DNA from: Yuukianura sp. NJ FZ-2021
Lineage: Eukaryota
Direction: 5' to 3'
Assembly: GCA_046563655.1 (NCBI GenBank)
Contig: CM102290.1
Span: 14,446,001 to 14,510,000 of the forward strand
Length of the DNA: 64,000 nucleotides
Shown: in pieces, positions 49,141 to 61,814 of the stretch
How positions within the stretch are numbered: the first letter of the stretch is position 1
Layout of the letters: each line of letters begins with the position of its first letter
Notes under the pieces: generated by a model
The model's database searches: none
What the model was told of the DNA's origin: nothing
What the model saw: the letters and a program-made list of their open reading frames with translations, nothing else
Translations under genes and position numbers: made by a program

Positions 49141-52100
49141 ATGGAGCACAACAAAGATCAGGAGGCTATTTATATCGCTCAGGAAGATTCACACGTCGTC
49201 ATGTCAGAGAAGGTCAGTGGGTCATCCAGAACTGATCCTCTCCTAAGCGATTTAGAATTTTGAAATTTTTGAAATTTTGGAAGTTTAATTTTGAAAATTT
49301 GTGTTTGTTGCAGGTCCAAGCTCTAGCTGGAAGTATTTACCAGGAATTTGAGAAGATGATTCACAAGTACGACGAGGCTGTGGTGAAGGAGCTGATGCCG
49401 CTCGTGGTCAACGTTCTCGAGTGCTTGGACTTGAGTTACACTGAAAATCAGGAACATGAAGTAGAAGTAGAACTGCTAAGGGAAGACAACGAGCAGCTAG
49501 TGACACAATATGAACGGGAAAAGCAACTCAGGAAGGCTGTAGAACAAGTAATTCTTTACCAATTACTTGAATTACTAATTACTTGAATTACTAATTACTT
49601 TTGGTTTGTGTTTTAGAAACTATTAGGATTAGAGGATCAATCGGAGGAAGAGATTAAGGACCTAACAAGCAAGACTGAAAGTTTGGAGGCCATTGTCCGC
49701 ATGCTGGAACTCAAATCAAAAAATGCTGCTGACCATGGTACGTTTTTGTTTGAAATGATGAAAAATTTTGCGTAACTTCAATGTTTCATACCGAAATCCT
49801 GAATTTTAGCATTTCAGTTTGAAGTAAAGAAACTGTACACAAAGTTTCATAATTTTGGTTTGAAGCCTTGAAGTTGTGCAAAAAAAACTTTAATAATTTG
49901 AAGAAACTTGCACATCTTTACAGCTTCAGATTCAAAAATTTAATACAATGAAAATAATTTTTGTAGAAATTGACTATAAAAATGAAATTATGAAAGTTTT
50001 TGTAGAAATTGACTACTTTAAATTGAAATTATGAAATTAATCACTTCGGTTTCATAATATCGAGAAACTTTTCTTGCACAACTTCACTGCTTCAATCCGA
50101 AATTGTGAATTTCATAATTTCGATTTCGCACACACAAATTGTACATAAATTTTCAGAATTTCGGTTTGAAGTAGTGAAGTTGTACAAAAAGTTTCAAATT
50201 TCGATTTGAACGTTCGTTTTCGTTAATTTTTTTTTTGTTTCTAATATGATTTTAATTTGAACTTTTGATTTTCACTTTGTTTAGTGAATCGACTGGAAGA
50301 GAAAGAAACTGAGACACGGAAGGAGTATGCGAAACTGCATGATCGTTACACGGAACTGTTCAAAACGCACATGGACTACATGGAGAGAACCAAGATTTTG
50401 ATGGGGACAGATCGACTGGAGAACTTTGGAATGGGCGGAATGAAGAAGATGAACGTGATGAGTAGATCCGCTGGTCCAGTCTCCTTCGGCTTCTCATCGC
50501 TGGACAATTCAATGCTCAAGTCCTTCTCTAGTCCAGATCCCTCCAATCCCCATCCTCTGCCCCCCAGTGCATCTACCGTCAACATCCAGGAAGAAATGTC
50601 CATGGACGAGGCCATGGACGAAGACTTGGTCCCACCTCAGATCCAAAATGGAGCTTCCTCAAAAAGTCCGTCTTTTCAATTAATCGGTGATTAATCGGTT
50701 GATTTTATGAATTAATCGGTGATTAATCAAGTGGTCTTTTTGAATTTATTAATTAAAATTGATGATTAATCTTTGCAGCACCAAATCAAATTCCAACTCC
50801 GACGGGAAAGAGTCACAACAAAAAGTAAGTTAATTATGAATATTATTGTATTTATATTATTTTATGTATTTTATTACGTTTATATTGATATTTAATTAAT
50901 TTGTGTCACTTTGTGTTAATTATTTAGAGAGGAGAGGAGTGGGAACACGCTTTACCAGGAATTTAGTTTTCAAGATCCAGAAATCATTGAAGAACATGCG
51001 GACTTTACAGGTACAATGGCGTTAAAGTTTTGCAAAAACAAGTTTTTTCAAAAAGTTTTCTTTTTTAGGATTATTTCAATTGATTTTTTGGAATTCAGTT
51101 TTTAATGTTTTGATTTTTTTTAACTTTTTAGGAAACTGGGTGCATCCTGGCGAATATGCATCATCGGGTTAGTTTTTTTTAAAGATGAAAAAAGTGCAAT
51201 TTTTCCTTTGGTTTTTCTTCTTTTTGCAAAGCCTTTTCTGTTTAAACTTTTTGCAAGATTTGGACAGGCACTTGCTGTTTTTGTTTAAAAAATCTTCCTT
51301 GATTTTTTGAAATTTTCAATTTTCTAATTTTGGAAACGACGCAAGTGCTCTTTTTTTAAAGCTTGTTTTTCCTAAGTTCATTTCCTTTTGGTTGGTTGTT
51401 TGTTTAGATCATTGCAGTGACTATAGTGCGTCACCTCCACACTCAAATGGTACTTTACTTCAGTTCTTTCAAAATTTCACTTTAAAAAAAAAAGATTCGA
51501 AATTTCAGTTTTCTAAAACAGATTTTTAATGCTGGGCTACAAAAGTAATCTAAAACAGAACTTAAACTTCTACTACTTCGCTGCATAAATTCTTTTTTTT
51601 TTTTCCAAATTTCGCATGGCTTCAAAAACTTTACTTGTTTCGTTGCATTCTTATGCTTGGTTTTCACAATAACTTTTGATTTAAAAAAAATAAGTTTCGA
51701 AAACCTAGTTTTTTTCAAAATTTTGGTAGTATTTGAGAATGAGTTGAAAACTAACATTTTTTTGGTTAATTAAGTTTGAACGAAGTTACTGAAGAATGTT
51801 TTTATGTTCTCGGTTACTTACCTTGCTTCTACTCTCCTTAATCTGGAACAGTCAACGATAATTTCTTTGGTAAGGCTTAGAAAACCATTACATTTTTCAA
51901 AATTTTGTTTTTTCAAAATTTTGTTTTTCAAAAAAACGAAACTTCTTGGAACTCTGTCCTAAAACTGCGCTTCAAATTCTACTGAATCCATTGGAATCTT
52001 TTTCAACCAAAAGCTGACGGATTTTTGGGAATTTTTAACTTAAAAAAATTTAGTTTCATGTTTTTTGAAAATGTGTTTTTCAGGCATGGGGAAGGAAGTT

Positions 52101-55100
52101 GAAAACTTAATTTTGGAAAACAACGAACTACTGGCTACGAAGAATGCTCTCAACATTGTCAAAGATGATCTCATTGCTAAAGTAGATGAACTTACGAGGT
52201 GAGGATGTTCAGGAATTTTAAATTTTGAAAACATTTTTTGAAAGTTGTTGATTTTTTGAAAATTTTGATGACTTGCAGTGAGCAGGAAATCTTGCGTGAG
52301 GAAATCCAGAGTTTGCAAGCAGTCAAGTCGAGAATGAAACTCCGAATTTCGGAATTGGAGGAAGAAGTGAAACGACTAAGGGAAGAAGCCGAGAAAAAAA
52401 CGAGCGGAAAATCGGATGATGAAGACGACGTTCCATTGGCTCAGCGAAAACGATTCACAAGAGTGGAAATGGCGCGAGTTTTGATGGAGCGGAATCAATA
52501 CAAAGAGCGTTTCATGGAACTCCAAGATGCTGTGAGGTGGACGGAGATGCTGCGAGCTGCTAAACAAGATCCGTCGCTGGAGAAGAAAACGAACAAAGGC
52601 ATTGTGTCATTGTAAGATTCCAAAATTACGGAAAATGAATTTTTTTTTCAAAATTTTGAAAAATTTGAGTTTTGTGAATTTTTGTGTTACAGTTTCAGTA
52701 GTTTGTTTGGAAAATCTTCTCCGCCGGTGGGACTGACGACGGATCGACTCGTGTCTTCGGGCGGAATCGTTTCGCATTCGTCTCCGACGAAACCCGGTTC
52801 GGCAGTTCCCGTGAATTCACTCGGAGCTGACTCAATGCGAGGCAGAACTGAAATGTAATTTCGATTTACTTTAATTAACTTATTTTAATTAGTTTTACTT
52901 ATATTAATTAATTTATTTTAATTGAGATTAATTGAAAGTCAGTTGTAATATACTGATGACCTGAAACCTATTTTTTGCTAAGGTCAGCGGAGAAATTGCA
53001 ATTGAGGCGGTTGGGAGATACGCAAGGAAAGCGGGATCCAGGGACCTACAAGCAGACGAGAGCTCATGTTCGCAAAGATGATGGCAGAATGCAGGTATAA
53101 AATAATTTATATAATATAAATAATTAATATAATAATATATAATTAACAAATAATTCCAATTTTATATACTTGTTGCACAAAATTACAGAAAATGAGGAAA
53201 AAAACTATGTAAAATGTAAAACTTTTGTCAGACTTCAACGCCATTGCGGAATAATTTGTTCCTCAATTTTTGAAATTTTTGATTAATTTCCTGAAATAAT
53301 CGATTAATTTGTGAATTAATTGATTATTTTGTGAATTAATTGATTAATTTATGAATTAATTAATTTTTAGGCCTATGGATGGAGTTTACCGGCGAAACCA
53401 AAGACAATTCCTTCGGTGCAGTTCAGTACGAGTAGAGAAGCAGCTTCAGCGAGAAGTTCGAATGCTGCCAGCGATTCAGTGCCAGTACATGGAAAGCATT
53501 TTCCAGTGCCAGTACCAATATACTGTCGACCGTTCATGGAACAAACTCTTGGAATGAAGGTATGAGGTTCAGAATTTTGAAAAAAAAAAGTTTTTTTGAA
53601 GTTAAAAAATGTTTTTCTGGAATTTGTAAAACCATTTCTACTTTGAAACAGATATTTTGTGCCTGTGGAGTGAATTTGAAGGGATGGAAGAACGACAGTT
53701 TGAGTTCAAATCCATCACCGCACGTTTGGATTTGTACTGCAACGCACTCTGCCAGCCGTGTGACGGTCATTGACGCAAACAGGCCGCAGGATTTGTTGCA
53801 AACTTTCGACGTCTGCTCCTCACATCTTCTCTGTGTCACCAGTGTTCCAGGTAAAGTGACAGTTTTGAAAAAAGTTAAAATTTTGAGATTTTTGGAAAAC
53901 TTTTTTATTTTTACTAACTTTCGTTTTTTTTTCTTTTGTGTTTTTGAAGCTGCCAGTGAAGACGATTTGTGTCGTGAGACTGGTTTGAGTCACTTGGACG
54001 CCAGTGGTGGGTTTAAACCGAATCCAGAAGACGCCTTTGGCCAGTTGACGTTTATCCAAGTGCCACCAGAAGCCCTGACGTCGGTTGAAGTTAGCCGAGA
54101 GGCAACGACTAGTTCCGAGCAAGTGACGAGTGAAGGAGTGGAAGAAGATGCGGAGAGTAACACGAAATCGCTTGAAGCGATTGGAACAGACGCTGAAACT
54201 GTTGAGCCTGTACCTGAAGATGCTGGGTCAGAAGCAGCGCAGGAACCGGAAATTGTCGTTTCAAGTGCACTTCCTACGATGTGGTTGGGAGCTCAGAATG
54301 GATTTGTGTATGTCCATTCAGCGATTGGGCAGTGGGACAAGTGTTTACACAAAGTACGACTGCCGGACTCTGTCTTATCTATTGCGTAAGTCAAAATTTT
54401 GACATTTTTATCAAAATTTTGAAATTTTATCAAAAATTGTTTGATTTTCCTCAGACATCTTCATGGACGGACGTTTGTGTCAATGGCTAACGGAACGGTG
54501 GCGATATTTCGACGAGCGAATGACGGGCAGTGGGACTTGTCGTCATACCATCTTCTTGACCTGGGTCAACAGCCACATCACTCCATTCGATGTCTCGCTC
54601 CTGTTCGGGAAGACGTTTGGTGTGGATTCAGAAACAAAATTCATGTTGTAGATCTCTACAGTTTCAAAGTCAAGGTAATTTTAGCTTGATTAACTTGAAT
54701 TTTAGTTGATTTTTGTGATTAATTGATTAATTGTGATTAATTTTAGACAACAGTTGAAGCTCATCCGCGCAAGGAGAGTCAAGTGAGACAAATGGCCTGT
54801 TGTGGCGACGGGGTTTGGGTGTCCATACGACTGGATTCGACGTTAAGGCTTTACCATGCAGAGACATTCGAGCATCTACAGGACGTGGACATAGAGCCTT
54901 ACGTTTCCAAAATGTTAGGTGAGTTAATCGATTAATTCACGTGAATTTTATTAATTCACATGAATTTTATGGATTTTTAGTATTTTTTGTAGTGTGAAAT
55001 AACAGGATTTTTAGGGTGAATGGCACCGAAGTGGTGCAATGAGAACTTTTTTTTTTTCAATAAAAAAAATAATTTTCGAAAGAATAATTCCATTCTTTCG

Positions 55101-57174
55101 AAAATTATTTTTTATTTGAATTTTACAGACTTTTTTCTAGCATTTTTAGTAGTGTGAAATAACAGAGTTTTTGGCCTGAATGGCATGGAAGTGGTGCAAC
55201 GAAAATTTTATCAGAAAGTTGAATACGTTCACGAAAAATTTCAAATGAAACTTAAATTGTTGTTTCAGTAAAACTTTGCTCAGGTTTACTTAGTTTTTGA
55301 AAGTTTTCGTCTTTTTTTTTATTTTGGTGATACAAAATTGTGACTTTTTTTTTGTTTTCAGGAACTGGGAAACTGGGATTTTCGTATGCAAGAATCACGG
55401 CGCTGCTGGTGGCGAGTAGTCGACTGTGGATTGGGACTGGAAACGGAGTCATAATTTCTGTTCCACTGCAAGAATCCACTATTTTGCCAAATCCAACGAG
55501 TATGGGGACGAGGGGGCCTGGAAGCATTTTGAGAATCGCTGGAGATCAGGAGCCTGGAAGAGAAATTCCATACTGTTCCATGTCACAAGCACAACTGTCG
55601 TTTCATGGGCATCGGGACGCTGTCAAGTTTTTTGTAGCAGTGCCTGGTAAAACGATAACATTTTTTCGAAAATTAAAAAAAAAACAAAAACGAAATCTGA
55701 ATTTTCAATTTTTGGTTTCAGGATCTTCGAGCCCTGCTGCTGCTATGGGAAATGAATCTCTGGAATCCTTGGGATCGACGCTTAAAAGATCAAACTCAAT
55801 GTTGGTAATTTCTGGTGGTGAAGGCTACATTGACTTCCGTGTTGGTAAGAACTGACTCAAATTTTGACTTTTTAGTAGTTTGAGGTCAAAATTTTGAAAA
55901 TTTTAAATGAATAGTTGTATTTTAGTTACTATCGGCCTGAAATTCTAATTTTGAGGAGCATGGTGGTGGAGGATTAACTAAAACGAAGGTTAATTAATTG
56001 ATTAGTTGAGGAAGGAGATGGAGATACTGCGAGTCATCTCATTGTTTGGAAACTTCCGCTGGACCAATCCTCATCCCAGAATCAAAATTCTCTCTTTGAT
56101 TCTCTTCCGAGTATTGGCAGTAGTACTGCCAGCATCAGTTCACCAGTCGCCTCAGTTTCTTCAACTCCTGTCGCTCATCTCCATAACGCGCCTTCAACCT
56201 CCTCCTCTGCAGCTAGTAGTTCTAACAGTACTAGGCCTCATGCCAGCAGAAGTCTTAGAAGAAGTTAGGATTTTTTGAAATTTTGAAAATGACGAGACGA
56301 AATTTTCGAGTTTTTGAAATTTTTAACTGAAACAGAAATTTTAGAGTAGAAAAAGGTCTAACCGCAACAGTATTTGAGTCTGAACCCAACGAGCTTTAAC
56401 TCCAGAATGCAAGAAAAGTGTTTAGGTTAGGCTAATCTTAGGTTAACGTTAGGTTAAAAGTGAAACACAAAATCAGTATACTCAAACTTCGATGGAAATC
56501 CACACCAAAATGCCAAAATCCCTGAACTCCTTTTAGATTTTGTTGTAAGTTTTTTTAAATTTTGTTTTTTGAAAACCGTTTTTCTTCTCTTTCTGTTTCT
56601 TTTTCTAACCAAACTTTCTCTATGCATACTGCCGGGGTATTTCTGGATGACGGGAGCTTTTAATCGCCTTTTTTTTTTAGAAATTTCGAAAAACGAAATA
56701 GGTTTTTTTTTTGAAAAACGAAACAGTTTGCATGCATTTTTTGGTTTTGTTTCATGGCATGCGGAGCACTAACGTTTTTTTTTTCAAATTCCTAATTTCT
56801 GGGTTTAAGGAAGAGAAAAAACGCTGGCATTTGACTGATGCTGCTCTTGTAGCTAGAATTTCGTTAGAACTTGATTAATTTAGTTGGGAAAGCTTGATTA
56901 ACTTGATTAATGTTTAAGTAAAAGCTGTTTTAAATGTTTTTGATTTTGTTTTTCAGGAGACGGAGATGACCCGGATGTAAAGGCGAGTCCAGATCCAAAT
57001 CATCCTTCCGAGAAAACTCACCTCATCATTTGGCAAGTATCGATGACCTCGCAAGCATCTGCGGTGACCCCGCAAGCATCTGCGATGACACCTACTGGAA
57101 CTAGACCTCTGACGACGACCACGCTTGGTCCAACGACAGTGACTTCTTCGATGCCAACTACTGCGACAGCATAA
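49141..57174 (+). CDS. syd: JNK-interacting protein 3/4 (sunday driver/UNC-16) motor adaptor
   Basis: ~21 exons. RH1 [57 protein letters not shown]2 [37 protein letters not shown]40-like region [57 protein letters not shown]. Two candidate last exons (56006-56268, 56957-57174). Confidence 0.96.
49760..50215. repeat. Intronic array of the gaagcagtgaagttgtgca / ttcataatttc module family
   Basis: Degenerate copies, in both orientations, of the module that fills 58.2-63.2 kb. Confidence 0.75.
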
Positions 57175-58234
57175 ACAGCGACGTCAAGTACTGGACAGCA
57201 TCAACTGCGACGTCAACTACTCGCGACAGCATAAACGTCGACTACTCAGACACACCCGACGCAACTTCTGTGAAAAAACGAGAAAACGGCGTTCCTTGCT
57301 TCGACGCCGTTGGGACTTAACGCGAAGCGTGAAATTTCGCTGCGACGTTAACACGGACGACCTAAAACGCTTTTAGTTATTGAAAATTGGTGGCAGTTTT
57401 TGGAACAACTTTTTAATTTATTGACTTTGAACGTGGTGGCTTCCCTTCTACTGTAAACTGTACTATTTGAAGTGTCTTTGGTTGAACTTTCTGGGAAAAA
57501 CTAAGAGTTTTTACTTAAAATTGTTAATTATTTATTAATTAAGTCAATTTCTAGTCTAAACTATTTAACGACTAACGTAACTCACGTGCTTTACTCTTAT
57601 TTTGTTGTGCTTCTGCACATTTGAAGAATTACGACATACGTTGTGACGCTGCTTTTTGTAAAACTTGAAATTTACACTGGTAACAATCTTGACTGGCTAA
57701 CAAAAACTAAAAGTTAGGCACAAGTTATTAATTGATGTTTAGTTAGTTAATTAGTTTAGTTAATTAGTTAATTAAGGTGTTCAAAAGTGTAGCACAGTCT
57801 TTTGTTTCAATTGTTTAAAACAATTTAAAAGTTTAGCAAAGTTAGAAAATTGTTAACTCAATTCTGTGATGGTTTCGTTTAGATTTTAGTTGAACGTTTT
57901 GTAGCTGAATTTTTACTTAAAATTTAAACTCTGACACTCAAAAAATTTATGAACAAATGAAACAATGCTTCCGAATTATTCAAAAACAAAGTTGTAAAGA
58001 AATTGGAAAAATTTTGAAAAAGTTTTTCTTTTCATTTGCAAAAACGTAAGAGTGCATTTAAGAAAATAAAAAATTCCAGTTTGAAATGTTCGTCAGTATT
58101 TTCTGGTTTGATTTCATTCAATTCATTACCCCAAACTTATACAAATAGTTTGTTTTTTCAAAACTTTGAAAAATTAGGTATAGAAATAACAGCCCTGAAT
58201 TGTGGTTATGGAGAACAGAAATTGTAGTAACATT

Positions 58235-60791
58235 TTCATAATTTCGATTTGGAGCAGTGAAGTTGTTGCAAAGATTGTTCTCAAACTTTACAGCCTCAAA
58301 CGGAGATTATGACAAAATAATTTCAGAATTTGAGCTCGGAGCTTTTGCACAACTTCACTGCTTCAATCTGAAATTTTGAAACATTTCTTGTGCACATATT
58401 GCTGCTTAAATTCCTAAAATATTTTGTCAAAATTACGTTTTGAAGCAGTGAAGTTGTGCAGATTTCCCGAAATTACGAAGAATTTTGCACAACTTTACTG
58501 CTTCAATCTGAAATTGTGAATTTCATATTTTCGATTTGACCCACAGAAATTGTACATAATTTTTCATAATTTCGGGTGTGATACATACATGCATACATAC
58601 TTGTGATACATAGTTTGTTTGACCTTTGACCTCTCTTTCTCTGTTCAACTGAAAGTTAAAGCAAACGTTCCTTTTTTAAACCAAGTTAAATCTCAAATTG
58701 AGCGAACCGCTTTGGCAGAAAACAGAAAAGTTAGTAAACGCTTCTTCTGAAATCAAATTAAAATTAAAAATGTTTACCAATTTTCGAAATTTTAAAATTT
58801 TGCAAAAACAAGAGTTGGTCAAATCAATTTTTCTCTCACTTTTGCACAACTTCAAAGCCATATAAACTTTTGTGTGTTGAAAATTGGGTTAGAGTTGTGT
58901 TTGTAGGTGTTTACCTTACTATACCCTCCTTAATTAATATAAAATAATTAATGTAAAATAATCATTATAGCATAATTATTGCTTAAAACTAACTTAAAAC
59001 TATTTTGAACCTGAAAATGAATGAGTACTCCGACGTGACCTCAGCTAATCTCACGTGTGATCTTGGCCATTCACCACAAGCTTGACCTTGGCGCTCAAAA
59101 TGTGTTGAATTTTTCAAAAAAAGTGAATTTCTAAAAAGCAGCAATGTTTTTAACATGAAATACTCTGAAATTTTATGGAAAAGTCCACTCTTTATGAAAA
59201 ATTGAGCTTGGGAGAAACTTTTTCTTTTTTGCAAAACCTGAACTCCAGAAAGGCCTTTTTTTGTTATAAAATAAGTCTTTGGAGACTCAACTGCAGATGC
59301 GATTTGTCCTAACATTGAATTAGACTTGGAAGCATAAAATTCAGTTTTATTATTATTATTATGTTATTATTATATTATTTAAAATTAATGTTAGGTTAGT
59401 TAGTCATCAATCCTAAATACCATAACCTAGAAATTCTAATTTCAGTTTGGAGCAGCGAAGTTGTGCAAAACTTTTCATAATTCCGGGAAACTTTTTTCAA
59501 AGCTCCAGTGCTTCAAACCGAAGTTATGGCAAAATATTTTCAGAATTTCCGTTTGAAGCAGTAATATTGTACAAAAGTTTCAAAATCTCCGTTTTAAGCA
59601 GCACTTTTGAAATCGTACATGAATTGTCATAATTTCCGTTCCGTTACAAAAAGTTCTTCCTAGAATTATGAAAAATTTTCCAAACCAGAATGTTTAAACG
59701 TTTTAAAACTTTACTGGTTCAAACGGAAAGTATTTAAAAATATTTTCAGAATTTCAGTTTGCAGCTTTTGCACAACTTCACTGCTCTAAACCGAAATTAT
59801 GAAAATATTTCTCCTACAATCTCTATGCTTCAAATCGAAATTATGAATTTCATTATTTCGATTTGAAGCAGTGAAGCTATACAAAAAGTTTCCTAAAATT
59901 TTAAACGTTTTGCACAACTTCACCACTTCAAACTGAAATTATGCAAGAAATATTTACAGAATTTCGGCTTGAAGCAACAAATGAAAAGTTTCAGTTTGGA
60001 GCAGTCAAGTTATACAAAAGCTATAAACTGAAAATATTAAAATTGACACATAACTTTCAAAATTTCAGTTTCCTCAAAAACTTTTTCTGAAAGTTAAAGC
60101 AAAAGTAGAAAACTGATAAAAGTTTAGTAAACTCTTGTTTTGAAATCAAATTAAAATTAAAAATGTTTAAAAATTTTCAAAATTTAAAAGTTTTGCAAAA
60201 ACGAGAGTTGTTGAAATGGATTTTTTTCCCATCGCTCTTGCACAATTTCAAAGCCATCTAAACTTTTGTATGTTGAAAATTGGGTAAAAGTTGTGTTTGT
60301 AGGTGTTTACCTTACCATTTCCCTCGTTAATTAATATAAAATAATTAATGCAAAATAATTATTATAGTATAATTATTGCTCAAAACTAATTTAAAACCAT
60401 TTCGAAACTGAAAAATGACTGAATACTCCGAGTTGACCTTAGCTAATCTCACGTGTGACCTTGGCCATTCACCACAAAATTGACCTTGGTGATCAAAATG
60501 TGTTAAATTTTTCAAAAAACCGTGAATTTCTAAAAAAGCAGCAATGTTTTTAACATGAAATACTCTGAAATTTTATGGAAAAGTCCACTTTTTATGAAAA
60601 ATTGAGCTTGGGAGAAACTTTTTCTCTTTTGCAAAACCTGAACTCCAGAAAGGCCTTTTTTTGTTATAAAATAAGTCTTTGGAGACTAAAGTGCAGATGC
60701 GATTTGTCCTAACATTGAATTAGACTTGAAAACATAAAATTTACTTTTATTATTACTTTATTATTATTATTATTATTATTATATTATTTAA
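58235..60791. repeat. Complex repeat: module arrays plus two direct copies of a ~750-bp block A (58646-59390 and ~60088-60791)
   Basis: Long shared strings, e.g. gcaatgtttttaacatgaaatactctgaaattttatggaaaagtccact at ~59141 and ~60541. Confidence 0.9.
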
Positions 60792-61785
60792 TTTTTCCAC
60801 AGAGACAAATGGCTGCCATGAGAGACGCTACTTGAAGGAGGAACAGAATGAGGCCCATGAGCAGGAATGTCAACGCTTCCTTCCGGAACCACTTTTCAAC
60901 AGGATCGAAGCAGCCCTGTTGGACACAAGGCATGCGCAGAATTATTCATGCGTGGAAAACCAAATGACCAATGGACCATGACCTCTCGTCACTCATTGGT
61001 CACTTTCTACTTGAATGGTTCGTACAAGTAGCGTTACCTCTTTGAATCGACTCCACTTCTGCGCAGGTCCGCTTGCATTTTGACATGCGTCGGCGTCCAC
61101 CGGAACGGGATTCATGTACGGTGGGAAGTGGCTCTTGGTGGGATCGAGTGGGCAGCATGTCCAGGGCACAGTGACCTCTGACCCACCTAATTTGCTGTTC
61201 CGCCAAACAGATCTCTCGTAGTCTCCGTCACCCTGAGACCCGCAGCAGTTAAACTGAAACCAAGTCAAAGTTAAGTCAAAGTCCAAGGTCAAGGTCACGG
61301 AAAGGTCAAAGGTCACTTAATGTCAAGGGGGCCCTTACCCGGTTCTGCGCAAAGTCCATGGACTGACTGAACTGTGGATCCACTCCATAGGATGAGTGGA
61401 GTTTGGATTGGAGTGTGGTGGGGTCAAGGCCCTTGCCAAAAGCGTCGTGGAAAAAGAGGAAGGACACGCCCAGGCCCACTTCAGCAACTAACACAAGCAC
61501 TACGCACAAAATGTACTGGAAAGTTTCAAAATTTGAATTTTAGACAAAGTTTTTCAGGAAACTGAAATTTTGAAAGTGGATTGATACCCATGCAATGCTG
61601 CACTTCCTCGCAGCTCCAGAGCAGCCCAAGATGGCTGTGAGAAATGCGAAAGTGCCGATGCCGAGGAGAGCCAATCCGATTTGACCTATGACCCCTGACC
61701 CAGGGGTCAACAGGCGAAAAACTAACTGACGAGAGTTGTCACGCAAAATGAGCACACCAAGCCCAACTACTGCTCCACCACAAAT
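60784..61785 (-). CDS. Tetraspanin, 3' four exons (first exon lies beyond the right edge)
   Basis: Approx. exons 61785-61588, 61515-61339, 61253-61038, 60916-60784. Hydrophobic TM segments, LGCSGA, EC2 FNCCG...VPWTCC...C...GC, TM4 ending AAICLCGKIK*. Confidence 0.92.
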
Positions 61786-61814
61786 CTGAAAAAAATACAG
61801 AAACTAATCAAAAA

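Noticed and set aside
57175..57320. Stop-codon readthrough after the distal JIP3 exon
   Set aside because: The stop is TAA-A (poor readthrough context) and downstream similarity is a local gcgacagcataaac duplication with another in-frame stop.
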